Shown here one piece after another: positions 47,314 through 61,700 of a stretch of 64,000 nucleotides of DNA (position 1 is its first letter; each line of letters begins with the position of its first letter). Source of the DNA: Anolis carolinensis (Eukaryota); contig NC_085842.1 in NCBI RefSeq assembly GCF_035594765.1, forward strand, positions 190,663,036 through 190,727,035, written 5' to 3'. The position numbers and the translations under genes are program-made. The notes beneath the pieces are model-generated. The model saw only the letters and a program-made list of their open reading frames with translations. It searched no databases and was not told where the DNA came from.

Positions 47314-49006
47314 GCACTTATTTTGGTGTGAAATGAACAAAGAACAAGAGTACTAAACTGCTTCGTGATAATTCTATAGCCTTCTCATAACTTGCAGATT
47401 TCTTAACGGACTGCTGTGCTATAAGTAATATTCATGACAATTTCCCACAAAACATCTGCAAGAATCAAATAACTCCGTAGATCTTGCTACAATACAACTC
47501 CCAGCACTACATCATCAACCATGCAGCTGAGGGCTGCAGGTCAGCAACATCCAGAGACCTACACAATTTCCACCTGAAGGTAGAGGAACAAAACATTTCC
47601 TTTTCTGAAAAACCTTCAACTAGAAAGACAATGCATGTAACAAGATTTCTTATCACTGTAAGCCCTCCTCTAGCCAAATATGTTGTGTTTTAAAGCAATA
47701 CATGCTGAAGTAGCTATCTGGAAGAGAAGGAACAAGCCAAGAGCCATGGGAATCATCCAGCAGCTGCTGGGAAACTTGCTAAATTCAGTAGAAATGTTTT
47801 TTTAAGGAGTAAAAGATGGAACTGGATGCTGTCGTTGATCTTATATCTTTCAGGCTTGTTCCAAACACACTGGCAGAAGAGTGGAAATAACTATCCTACT
47901 CTGATTTGTTAAAAGATATTACAACAGGCACATAGGTTACAAAAAGATTCAAGGAATGTTAAAATAGGTCTGCACTGGTGTTTCAACATACCACGTTTTA
48001 ACATCTCTTCATTAAACTTTCATTCAAAACCTGTAACGCCTTGGTGGAGCTCAGTTATACAAGGAAGAAGAAAAAAGAGAAGCAATGTCATTACACTTGA
48101 TATCTAGTGCCAGATATGAAAAAAGCTGATAATTAGGGGAAGGATCAGCCACAGAAAAAACAGCAACTTTGTTTTCGAAGCATTCTTTTTACTGAGGAAC
48201 AGAATATTTATATAATAAAGAAAAATATACAGGCTTTGATAGGAGATACAAACCTGCAAGAAGAAGCTTTTATCCCAAATGCTCTCTTAGGGGGAGAGCA
48301 AAATACAAAACTGAACAAAGAAAACTTTTAGAAGCAAGATGGAAACAACTGGAGTTCAGTACACTTGGATTCTCCTTTGGATCTGGGATGGTATCTCCGA
48401 AACACAGAACACAAACAAGTGGAATTATAAGATTTTTAAAAGACGTTCTCTGATGCCATAGCCAAAAGTGCTCATGTTGTCTGGGGAAGGATTCCATTAG
48501 ACATGAAGAAGCTCTTATCCTTCAAATGATCCACAATACTTTCACTTTAGTGCTCTGGATGACCAGTTTGCTACTGATATCCAGTCAACACCAAGAAAAG
48601 AACATGGTGTTGTTAAAAACCTTAGTTCCAAATCTAATCTTCCAGCTTCCCCTCCTCGGCAAGAGAAAACATAAGCAAGGTGTGTTGATTCTCTGTGAAT
48701 CTGTGCAGAAGAAAGATCCCATGGGAAGGAGAATATGAACATCCAAAAACTCATCCCTTCCACTAAGAAGCCTGAGCACAGAACAACTCGGCATCTTTGC
48801 CATGTTGCCCTCAGGAACAAGTCACAGACTAGAGAACTTCCAGGCAACATGAGATGCTTTAAGAACTCCAAGGGAGCTGTTCCTCCCCTATGTAGCACCA
48901 AGGGTCAGTCGTATAAGAGCTCTGTTTCCATCCATTCCCTTTACGTTGAAAACCTGGGGCAAGAATCCCAGTCTACAAGAGGGAACCAGTCTGTCTTTCC
49001 ATGTTC

Positions 49007-49161
49007 TTAGGTCTCTTTGAGAATGTTAATCTTAGCGCAGATCTTGAGAGCAGGACCCAGCTTGATATTCATGGCACTCATGAGGTGCTCTTCCTTCAGA
49101 AGGAGGAGAGCCTGACCATCAATCTCTTGAGAGCGAAACTCCTCTGCAATCTCCTGGCAAC
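49007..49161 (-). CDS. PHC1: PHC1 last coding exon (SAM C-terminal part)
   Basis: tttag|GT TGC CAG...ACC TAA. Confidence 0.96.
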
Positions 49162-50117
49162 CTAAAGGATTCAAACAGGAAAGAAATCCTATGAGGGGTA
49201 ATAGCAAGAAGACTAGACACTGTTCTACTCATCTATACTTTAAATTTAAGAATGAGAAAGACTTCGAATCTATACAGAAGAAGAGTGCCATTTTTGTGCA
49301 GTTTGCTCTAGAACAGTGCTTCTCAAATTCCAATCCTCCAGGTGTTTTGGACTTCAACTCCCAGAAGCCTCAGCTGCCTTAGCCAATGACCAGGGATTCT
49401 GCGTAAATGAAGTCTAAAACTCCTGGGAGAGCACAGTTTGGGAAACACTGCTCTAGAATACTCTTAAATACATCCCAGCAAGTATGATGAAGGGGTGCAT
49501 TTTCACTTTTGGAGACTGACTTGGCCTGCAGGGACAAAAACAAATTTTGCTCCAGGATTGTGTGGTTTCCAGGCTATATGGCCATGTTCTAGCAGCATTT
49601 TCTCCTGACAATTTGTCTGCATCTGTGGCTGGCATACTTAAAGGATCTGAAGATGCCAGCCACAGATGCAGGCGAAATGTCAAGAGAAAATGCTAGAACA
49701 CGGCCATACAGCCCGGAAACCATACAACACCCCAGTGATTCCAGCCGTGAAAGCCTTTGACAATACAAATTTTGCTCTGTTGTGATCCAAACCATCCACT
49801 AGAGGGCCCAGAGAGCTTTTAACAATTTAAGTCAAGAAGCAGCTTTTTAAAAAACCTAAAAACATGGTGCAACTACTCCTGTATGCCCCCTATACATTTT
49901 GAAGCATTTTTATTTTATTTTATTGTTTGGCAAGTGCAGCCCACTAACCCTCCACAGCTGCCCATCTGTAATACCTTGTAAGGTGCTTTCAAGTTCAAAA
50001 TACTTCATAATGACCTTTAAATCATATTGGGATGAAGGGATCCAAGACAAAAGATACCAGAAACACGCCACATTAGTCATCATTATAGTATACTAACATA
50101 GACAAGCAGTCACATGC

Positions 50118-50150
<33 letters not shown>

Positions 50151-52660
50151 TTATTTATACCCCACCACCATCTCCCCAACGGGGACTCGGGGCGGCTTAC
50201 ATGGGACCATGCCCAGAACAATACAATATAACAAAATATAAAAGAACAACACATCATACAGACAACAACTTTCGTACTATTTTGAGCATTCAGTCGCACC
50301 ATACAATTAGATTTGTATAAGGGGAGAGTGAGTACTTGTTCAGTCTCCTTCCATTGCAATCCAATCAGTATAGACAATATTGGGTTAAACCAGGTATGGG
50401 CAAACTGGTTTACATGGGAAATGTATATGGGCCCACCCTTTTACAAATTGGACAGGAGAGCTGAAGTGTGGCTGTAGTCTATTACACTTCTGAAAACTTA
50501 AGCCTGAGCATGCCTTCTCTTTTGGAAAAACAAGAGGAGGAGGAGATGGGAAACTTGCCTTGTAGGGATGCAATAAACTCATACACTTCCTCTACACTCC
50601 AGCGACTGGGATTGCTGGATAGGAAAACTGGATTGATACCATGGAGGTCAGGGATAGGTTGAATCATATTTGAGCTGCCAAGGTCCCGGTCACCATGACT
50701 GGACCTCACTGAAAGGGGTCCTGGGGACGTAGGAGACAGAGCTTCATCATAGCTGGAGTTATCAGAGCCTCTACTTGAATCTTCTTGGCCCTGCAAAGCC
50801 AAAACAACAGAAAATACAGCAAGAGAAAATGTTTCATGGGACAGCCAAGAATAAGGAGCTCTGTGGATCCTCAAAGAAAACATCAAAAGTAGACACTTTG
50901 GCACTTCCTTCACTATGTCACACAGTAGGAAGAAAGCTTCCGATTTTGGAGATGTCAGATGATAGTACACAATTCCATATCTGCTGTATTATACTAGCTG
51001 TTATTCAGAAAGTCTTTAGAGAAGAGCTGGTCACCTTCTGGATAGTCATCTAAAAGCCTTGTATTTGCAACAGGGCTCAGTCTGATATGTGCATGTTTAA
51101 TCTTAGCAATAATGTAGGAGGAAATAGATTATCAAGTACATGCAACCAGTTCAATATGTTAAGGCTTTTTCATGTTCAGATTCCCAAATGGAATGATACG
51201 GCAGCTGTACTTTATTAGGCAGCATACATACTGTATAATGTGGTAGCTAAAAAACTATGCCACATGCCTCTTTCATATCAAGTGAACACAATATTGTCTC
51301 CTGTGCATGCAAGAGAAAGAGGTGGGTTTGCACCCTCACCCTGTGACGTTTGCCCTGGATCTTGGCTCGAGCAATCTCTGAGCTGCTGCGCCGAGGTCCA
51401 CGTCGCCGACGGGCATAATTTGCTTCCTGTAACTCTTTCATTTTTTTCCTTTGCAGCCGAAGTTGGTGACTACAGCCCACATTGTACCTGGCATGAGAAA
51501 AAAAAAGGAATAATGTCTTTTCTTCTTAGCCTAAAAGCAAGAATCAATGAAAGCAGTATGATCTTAAGATATTTTCAAGCAAAATAGCTGGGGAGGGGGA
51601 TGCTGCTGATGTCTACGTGCTTTCATAAAGAGGAGTTTCCGAGTTAGTTATCTATCTTGGATGACTAACATCACACTCATAGCAGAAGCAACTGTTGGCT
51701 TGTTTAACCATATAGGTGCCACTGCCAGACCTGGGCATGAGAAACCTTTTCTGAGAAAGGCAACAGTAATATCAGCTTAGCCCTATCAACAACACAGGTT
51801 TTCCAAGAGCTTTAAAACTCAATTTTCAAGGAAATAATAACCTATTTATAAAAGTAACTGAAATGTATTCGGCACTATACAGAAATAATTGGCTTATTAA
51901 TAATTTAAGCATGCTTCCATGATCAAATCAGAAACAATAAATTTAAAGTTATAGATCAGTGATCATATGAAACATGGTGTCTCGAATTATACTATCATTA
52001 CCTCTTGGCGCATGTTACAGAGCAGAATCTCTTAGAACCACGGAACTGATTGGCTGGGCCATATTTTCCACAGAATTCACATTTCAGCAGGTTCGCTTTC
52101 TTGTCTTGCTCTGAGGAAATGGGAGGGAAAGCAGGGATATATACAGCCAAGAAAAATAACATTTCAAACCACCTACAGCAGAATGCAAGCCTATGATTTT
52201 ATGCTTGAGAGCCAGGATAATCACGTTGAAAGACTTATCAGTAACTGATATAGAATATCAAAGCCTCCAGCAAAGAAAATGAAAAATGTGTAACAATATG
52301 TCTTCCCTTTGTCTCTGAATATATGGGCGTTTCCGTCCATCCATCCATCTTTGGAGTATATAAAAAAGGTCAGGGCATGACACTTGCAGGAGTCAGGGAG
52401 TTGCACCACACCATCTCAAACTTTAGAGGACCACACACTCACCAACCTGCACCTGTCATCTCTCCCTTTTTCTTTGGCTCTTAAACTAACATCCTTATCA
52501 CTAGGAATATCAATAAATGTAACTGGCTACTTGAGGCCAATTCTAAAAGCTTCCACTGATCTATTTAGGCCCAAAAGGCCTTTTTTCAACACCAGAAGGG
52601 ACCAGAAGTCACTTTAATTTCTGATCCACTTCCTCCCCAGCCTAAAATTACCATATATTC

Positions 52661-52701
<41 letters not shown>

Positions 52702-55700
52702 GCTAATAAATAAATAAATATTGACCTCATATATAAGTCGAGATAGGTTCTGGAGCCAAAATGATTTTTATAAAATCCATGGAGATATTGAGGGTAATCC
52801 CCCAGAGAGGAGATATCATTAATGCCACCACAAGAGGAAAATCGCTCCTGGCCACCATCATTTTCCCACCCAGGCATTGAAAATGCCTTTTGCCATGCTA
52901 CTAAGCGATGGAGAAGGTTCCTTTTTTAACATAAATGTTAAGGTACATTACTAACTCTTATAAAAAAGGAACTATGCTCTTCTCTGAGTAGAGTGGAGAA
53001 AAGCTTTGTGTGTCCTGAAAAAAATTAAAAGAAGCAACCCCCCCCCCCCAGTTCTCTTAGCATTACTTTGAGGGGAAGTGGCATTTCCCCCCTAAATATT
53101 CAAAAAGGCCAGAAGTGGTGCCGCAGCAGAGAGAATAAAGGATGAAATGAACCCCAAGTATAAAACAAGGGCTGGTTTGGGGGACATGACCTATCATTAA
53201 GTTGAGGGCCATCCTACAGAGGGGGAAAGTGCCAGCATTGCCTCTAAGGGCATTACCATCATTTTCCCAGCCAACACTAAAAAAAGCCAGAAACAGCACC
53301 ATGACGGAGAGAGAAGGGTGCTTCTTTTAGGTTCCTCCAGGATGCACTATGCTCTTGCCCCTCACCCCTCTATACCTAAGAGAAGGGGATGAAACTTTTT
53401 TTTATATAAAAGTTAAAGATTATAGTACTTATACACCGCACCTGGATAAGTCAAACCAGGTTTTGGGGTCAATTTTTGACTGAAATTTCTAAACTTATAC
53501 ACAGTAAACAAACTGTGCCCTGATTTTAGAGGAAAAAGTAGGTCTCATAGAAAGGTTTGGGATAGCTGCCTGTGGCCCATGGGCAACCTTATGCCCACTA
53601 TTAATGTGGTAAAACCTAATGCATCCACTGATGGAGATGAAAGTGTAAACAAAAAATAAATTTATAATAATAATTTTATTTTTATATCCTGCTTCCATCT
53701 CCCCGAAAGGACTCGAGGTGGCTTACATAGACGGGGACAAGCCTGATCCAACAAAGATTAAAACCAAACACAGATTAAAACGTATCTCAATAAAATCAAT
53801 GACATTACAAGAAAACAATTAACATAAAAACAGCATCATCAACAGCTAGTAGTATGAGCAGTAATGGGTACTGAAATTCAGAGGGGAGGGAATGGTGCAA
53901 TAGAATTCCAGAACAGGGCTGGTGGACAAGAATGCAAGGGCCAATAATAAATTAGAAGTAAAAGAGCAATGTCAGTTTAAAACACTAAACCTATTGGAGG
54001 AAGGATCAGGAATAAAAATACTGGGAATTGGCACTTGGTTACCGTCATGGGCGAAAATATGGACTGAGAACTAAAAATCTCCCAACAGTTACTAGCACAG
54101 AAATAGCTCACTCCAAATTTAGAGTCTTAACAACTAAGAGCACCAGTAAACACTTACCTGCTGTTACACTTTCCCCTCCTGGAGAGTTGCTAGACTGGTT
54201 CTCAGTCTGCCTAGTAGGAGCTCCACCTTGAAGAGGCTTTTCAAAGTCTTTTATCAGCTGAGAGCAACCCACCTAAAGATAGATGGAAAGAAAACTTGCA
54301 TCAACACATGATATTCTCTAAAGTATTCATTCTGAGCTACTAAGCACACTTGTAGGTAAGGCTACAGGGACATGTAATTGTACCCTGACTTCACCAAATG
54401 CAAGGTAAGTTAGCAAACTACTCATGCATATAAAACAAAAAGAGGAGGAGGAGGATTGGCGGAAGAAAAGACTAGCTTCTGCCCAGAGCGCTCCAGGCTT
54501 CAAGCTTCTTACCGGGAATGGTTCTGCCCCTTCCTGAATGACAAAGCCTTCTATAATATGTGTAAGAATCTGAGGCTTGACAATGGCTTGCGGAGGCTTG
54601 GAGTCTCCCATCTGACGGGACAACATGGCCAAGGTGGGCACAGGAGCAGCTGTAGAAGTGACATAGGTGGGATCACTTGGGGATGCATTTGTAGTAGCAC
54701 TGGGGAAAGATTCTGATTTCTCTGAAAGAACAGAAATAGTATTAACTATCCCAATCCATCTGAATGTTAATTTTACTGATGTGGTTTGTGTATTTCCATA
54801 TGTATGCTAAACAGACAAGATGCATTGTATTAAGGACATATGTGGAATCTGCTACTCATATGGGTTAGAAAGGGAATGCGTGCCAATATCAACTGATTAT
54901 CCCAGCTAGCATAGGCACAACGAATCAATGGGACTTACATAAATGTTTAGTAGTCAGGTTCTGATAGATTTAATGAATCTACTCTACTTGGGACTAGAAA
55001 TAGGATTGAGAACATGATGTGTGGACCTTCAGGAACCAATTGTGGCAGGACAGATATTGCTCATGGAAGCTTCCAGCCCTGGGGGCCACATGGACCAGAC
55101 ATACACGTAACAGTGCGAGTATTAGCATGGAAGGGAGAAAGCTATCCATGAAGCAAGGCCTGGTCCAAAACCCTACCTGAGACTCAGAAGTTTTGCTTGT
55201 ACCACATGTTATGCAATCAACCACATCCCACTGTGCGTTATTCGATGTTCATTATGCATTATATCCTGAATCTGTTACAAGGCTCACAGTAAAGAGACCA
55301 GAAAAACTCACCCCTGTTCCCTTCACTTCCGGGGCCACCCTTATCTTCGGTGGTTTTAGGACTCTCTGCCACAGGAGATTTGGCAGCCAGGAGAGGTGGT
55401 GGGGCACTTGACTCCTCCCTTTCCTCTTCTGATTCTGCTTTGCGCTTGACTGCCAAGGTCTGTGGCTTGCTCTGTGTGGGGAGAAAGGAGCCAGTTTGAA
55501 AGGATAGACTCCAAGTGAAGGGAAGAATAAACTGTTTCTAGAGTCTACTTGAAAATGGAAAAGTTGGGAAAAGATGGAAGCAAAGGTGACTTCTAATTCT
55601 GCTAAGGATCCTATCCAGATGAAAACACTTGCCAAGGAGGAACCAACAGTAGAAACTTTAATGTTAACATTACTAAGGTAATAACTAGGCAAGTGTGATC

Positions 55701-58700
55701 CAGGATAAAAATGGTTCTAAACTCTCTTCGAAAGCAGAGGTGCTGGCACTTTGTTTCTAAAGTCATTTCTGAATTTTGAAGCAAAAAGTTCAAAACTTTC
55801 TGAAACTTCCGAATATTCATTAATGGCGTATGTGCTTGTGCATGAAGGAAAACATTATTGTCAATGGGGAAACTTGAGGGCTTCTCTCTCCCTCATTTTT
55901 GAGTTATCCTAATGAAACTTGCTACAGTAGTAGAACACATTTACCACTGTTAGCTCACCAAATCTAAGAACGTTTGACTTATCCTCAGATTTTTGGTGAA
56001 TTTTCAAATTTTTAATAAAAAAACATTTTTAATAATAACAATAATCTGTTCCTGGTTTGAAAGTGTTATTTCCTGTTTCACTGGGTTTTCTGGGGCTGAA
56101 GAATGTGTGACTTGCCCAAGATCACCCAGTGGGTTTCCATGGCTGAGTGGGGAATCAAGCCACAATCGTAATCCAACTCTCAAACCACTACACTACACCA
56201 TGCTGTCTCAAAACGGGTCGCTGCTAGCCCCAGCCAGGAGAGAAAACGCTCAGGACTTGGTTGCTTTCTATGGGGCTGTCATTAAGCCCGGATGAAAACG
56301 CTCTTCCCTTTCTGCCAAGACTCAGCACTGATTGGGCAAGGAGGCAACCCCAGGCTAGGCTTCTCTTCCCTGCAAACAAAGTTTGGTTGAATTAAAAACG
56401 CTTTCTGATATATCTGAAGGCCATTAAATTAATGGGTTCCAATGCTTTGAATTGGAAGGTTAATTCCGAATCGCCAAACCACCTCGGAACCCCATTTGGA
56501 ACCCAAAATAGATACAATTTTATTATGATTAACGACAATTCTGAGGAATTCGCCCATGCCTAGTAATAACAGTGCTAACATTCATACATTCCTCAGAATT
56601 CCTATTGCAGCTGTTTGAGAAATGTGAAGTAGGGCATTTAAAGCCCAGTCGATTCCAAGTCCAACATACACAATAGGAAGAATAATAGTAATAGTAAGAA
56701 AAAGACTTAGAAGCGTTCCTATTAATAAAATTGCCTTAAAACCTGGGATCAAAAGTATGAACTAAACTACCACTACTCCTTAACAAACATAAATTATTGG
56801 GAAGCTTTCCTATACCTATCCCATTGCCAGCAAGCACAGGGAAGAAGGCAGTAGTACGGAAGTCCTGTGGGAATAGCCTCTTAGTAGATTGTGTTCTCTA
56901 TCTGATTTGATCCCCAAATGCTCCTCTTTAGCCCAACTGCCAAAAACTTCAGGCTAAGGTGGCAGATGTAGATTTGGTATTTATCACAATGCCAGGTAGA
57001 TAAAGAAAGTTAATACAAGGAAAAGTCATGCAACCACTAGACAAGATCCTGACCGTGTCTCTGACTGGCTAAGCAGGTCATATATTAGGTTTATGTAAGA
57101 GCCAATCTCATTCCTTCCCCATTCAGCCCTGCTCCCTGCTTCTTAATAACTATGCCACTTACTGGTAACTGGACAGGCTGCACATAGTATGCTGCTGGTG
57201 CCTGAGCCATCACTGGAGATGAAACAGTGTTCTTCACCTGTGTTGTCCCTTGGACCTGGGCTACACTCACTCCAGAAGTGAGTTGAGGAGGTGCTTCTTG
57301 TAGGGGAGGTGGAGAAGAAGAAAACAAGGCAGAGGAGGTCTGTGACACCGAGGAGGCTGTGTGAGCCTGGGACACCGGCTGGACGACAGCAGGCAAGCCC
57401 CGAGGAGCCTGCACAGCTGCATTCAGTTGAGGAAGTCCCAGTGCCTGAGCCTGAGCAGAACCCTGCTGGCGGCTGCCCACCACCTGGACTGGGATGTGAG
57501 GTGGGGGCTGCTGGGACGCCGACATTTTGGCAGCACCAAGTTGGGGAACCTTTAGCTGAGCAACTGGGGGCTTGGACTGAATAGGGACAGGTGATTTTGT
57601 GGCTGCCTGGCAAAGACTGTCCTGATGGAGCTGCACTGGCTGAGGCTGAAGCATGGGTTGGACAACCAGGGTCTGGGCAGGTTGTTGGCCCTGAAGAGGT
57701 TGGCCCTGATGCTGGCCCTGTGCTGGTCCTTGCTGTTGCTGGGCCAGAGATGGAGCTTGCTGGTGCTGCTGCTGCTGGGCTAACTGGAGGTGTGTGGCAG
57801 TGTGTAAGAGTTGGGATTGCCGATGCTGGAACTGCTGCTGGTGATGGATGGCAATTTGCTGCTGAATCACTACTTGCTTCTGAAGGTGAATCTGCTGCTG
57901 CTGCTGGATCAAGGAGTGAGGCTGGATTTGGGTATATGTGGCTGTAAGCAGCAAAAGCAAAATATACAGCAGTATCAGCATTCATGCTAGCTTAAGGTAG
58001 CTTAACCAAATGAAACCAGATTTCTGCCCCCAAAGAAAATATAATCTAGCAGAGAAAGGGAAAGGAAAACTCCAAGGAAACAAGAGATAGAAGCAAGCAA
58101 ATGCAGTTATCTCATAGATGGTGGGGCCATGGCCCAGTGGGGGAACACATAATTTGGAAAGAGAGGATTCATGGTCTAATCACATTAGCAGAAAGGAATT
58201 TAGATCACAGGAAGGCTGGTAAAATGTCTGCCTCAGATCTTGAAGAGCCATTCCCAGATATTATAGGCTAGATGGACAGAAGTCCCTCAAATAATCCACC
58301 AGCCTTGAATAAAGCATGGCAGTGAAATCTCAACTATCCTAGACAAGGAGCTTCCAAATCAGCCTTTCACCTTCCAAAGCAATTACGCAAAATGCATTAC
58401 AGCCAATCTTCCCTGTGGCATTTAGCAAGAGTACGCAGCTGTCACAACAGTGGAATTGGTTACTGAACAAATGGATCAAGGAACCAAGCAGTCATGGGAG
58501 GCTCTTTAGTAAAGGAAACATCTACTTTCACCTACCAGAACTGATCAAAGTCTGGCTTGGGGCTGGTGTTGCTGTCCTGGTCAGGTTCATACCCACGGTC
58601 TGCTGACCATTACCATCTGCTTCTGCCTTCTTTGCTGCTGCGTTTTCTGCCTCTGTCTGACTTCCCTGGCTCACAGTCACTGCCTGGGCAGAAGAGACTA

Positions 58701-61700
58701 CAGGCAAAGGCTGGACTACACCAGTACCTTTCCTCTGACAACTGCCCCCTTGGCCAGATGAGGTTGTCTGACTCAACCCAGAGGCAGTATGATTCCCCAC
58801 AGATGAAGCTACACCTCCAGAAATTCCATTATTTCCTGCAGCCCCCTGGCTGAGATTGAGAGACTGCCCTACATTGCCAGAAGAAGCTTGTGTCATTGTC
58901 AAGGTCTGGCCAGCATGGGTAGCCTGTGGCAGTACTGAAGACTGAGAATTCCCTGGCAAAGTAGCCTTTGGAGCAGAAGCCTGGAGCTGGGCATTAGCTG
59001 CTGTGGTCTGCTGACTTCTGACAGCCAAATTCTGCACCTGGGAAGGAAACAGAGGTGGGGGGACCACCCATTAGCACAGGTTACAAGTCTATTTTGTCTT
59101 GATTAGCAATAAAACTGATCATGCTTCAAAGACATTTTGAATTTGTTGCTGCCTTCCTTTTCTTTGTGTCGAAAACTGAATACTGCCAAGTGTTGCAAAG
59201 TATTAGGGAATGAAGACTGAAAAAGAGAACCAATTATTTCCTTGTAAAAACAAACTATCATATCAGCTGCTTTCTTCTCATTTTGGGTCAGGTTAAAGAT
59301 CTCATGGCACTTTCTGGGTGGAGCTTTAAGAAAAGCCCCTAACAGCCTCCCCAGTATGGGTTTTGAATCAGCCTTGAACATGCTCTCTTAAACATGTGCT
59401 ACAAGTATTCTGGGGTCCACTACCTCTATATTCCTCCAGTTCCAACTGTACTTTTTTCTGTACTCTCTGCCCATCTTTCCTGATGAGCTTGATTTGCCTA
59501 TTTTATCTTTATCACCTGTATCCTTTCCTTCTACAGGGATAACCTGTAGCTGACTTTTGGTGGAGTTAACATTAGTTAAGAAAGAAAACAGATACAGAGA
59601 GAAAAAAGATGCAAAGCAAGATGGAAGTATCTCTAAGCAGTCCAAGAAGAACTGGGATGGACAAGAGGACAGGATAACACATAGAATCATCAGAAAGACA
59701 TTCTGTAGCTCCTCAGAAATGAACTTGACCATTGCAAACCCTAACCAACATGGATAAATTAGATTTGCCTTACCAAATCACTCCCCCTGCCCCACGTTCT
59801 TTTTTGGAAAATCCCCTTGTCATGCAGAAGATAAGGGCTTTTGGCTTGTTGAGCCCAAGTTTCTTGTGGCTTGGGCTACTACTTGTTGAATCAGAAACAC
59901 TAGTGAATATTCAAGCAGTAAATTGTTTGTGTCAGTGTGTGAATAAAAGGGTATAACCAACTCACAAACAAAAGTAGAGCTGACTCATCAGTATGTCAAC
60001 TTCAGAAATGACAGCATTTCTGATTGGATGCTGCCAAGAACCCTCGAGTAAAGCACAAAATTAATGCTCTACTCACATAAAGTGCGGGCTAGAAGGACAC
60101 ACCCAAAACTGGGGCAGGCCAGGTTGGTCGTGGGAACCCCGGAAGAGGGTGTCACTGACCTGGTCCGTGTCTGTGTGGACCCCAGGAGAATGAGTGGGTG
60201 GCACTTCCTGCTGAACAGCAGCCACAGCCCCGTTAGGCATCAGGATGAGCTGGGAGGTTAGAGGTACATTGCGGCCCAAGGTTCTGTTCACCTGCAACAG
60301 GTTCCCCAACTGCGGCTGTTGGAGGAGGGTTACACAGTATGGAGATGGGAAGAGCAAAAGGGAGAAAAAGGAGGAAAGAAAGCGAACCACAAGCAAATAG
60401 GTTATAATGTGTTGTGGGGCCTACAGTCTCCAACAGGCACTCATTCCAACTTAGCAGCGTCCTCTTCACTGCAGCCACTCGGCAGGAGACGGAATGCAGA
60501 GGTTACGTACTTTAAATGGACAGGTCACTACAGTCCCCCTTTCAAGGTCAATAACAAGATTATTGTTATGTGTCTTCAAGTCATTTCCAATTTGGAGCCT
60601 CCGATGGTCTAGGGGATAAAAGCCTAGTGACTTGAAGGTTGGGTTGCTGACCTGAAGGCTGCCAGGTTCGAATCCCACCCGGGGAGAGCGTGGATGAGCT
60701 CCCTCTATCAGCTCCAGCTCCATGCGGGGACATGACAGAAGCCTCCCACAAGGATGGTAAAACATCAAAACATCCGGGCGTCCCCTGGGCAACGTCCTTG
60801 CAGACGGCCAATTCTCTCACTCCAGAAGCAACTCCGGTTGCTCCTGACACGAAAAAAAAAATTCCAATTTATGGCAACCTTATTGTAGGGTTTTCTTGGC
60901 AAGTTTTGTTCAGAGGGAGTGCGCCATTGCCATTCTCAGAGACTGAGAAAGTGTGACTTGCTCAAGGTCACTCAGTAGGTTTCCATAGTCAGGTGGGGCA
61001 TAAAACTCTCTCCAACACTCAAATTGCTACATCACCCTGCCTTACCATATAATAAATTATGAGCAATAAATAACTATGGGGTTGTGAATGACAAGAGGAC
61101 GAGGAGGATGAGGAACCCAGGCTAACTCTGGATCAATGGAGAAACAGATTTTTCATATTTGAGACGTACATTCAAGAGAATGCATTCATTAATGAATTAA
61201 AAATGAAAAATCTGAGGCCAAGCAAATAAAATAATTCAACTTTTTGCTTAAAAATGGAATGTGGAGGAATAGGGGAGACAGCAAGCAAGAAGCTTGTTTC
61301 ACATTTAGCTTTATTAAGAGTATGGCTTTTTTCTTTCAAATAATGTCAATTACTGGTTGTGATAGTATTTACAAATCAGATTATTTAAACTAATAGGAAG
61401 GAATCACATTTCAGCGGAGTATTTTACCAAGACTGGTTTTAAAAGAAAGATCAATGATCCAGACATTTTAAAAGAAGGGGATTATATTCCAGTGCATTAT
61501 GCAAACATATATTAAGTGCCATGGGATCTTTAAGATTTATGGAAAACCAAACAGAAACGCCACACAGTATATCTCTCCCTGTATTATATCTACATTGAAC
61601 TACTATGCTGCATTGAACTACTATACCAAGAGTTCAAGGGAATAAATACTGCCAACTTGTAACCAAACACAAAAAAGTAGACTGGCCCAAGTACTGTACA

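Noticed and set aside
57143-57985. 280-aa Ala-rich alternative-frame ORF and antisense ORFs in the PHC1 exon
   Set aside because: Expected shadow of CAG-rich coding sequence; its start lies in the intron and exon phases support only the Q-rich frame.
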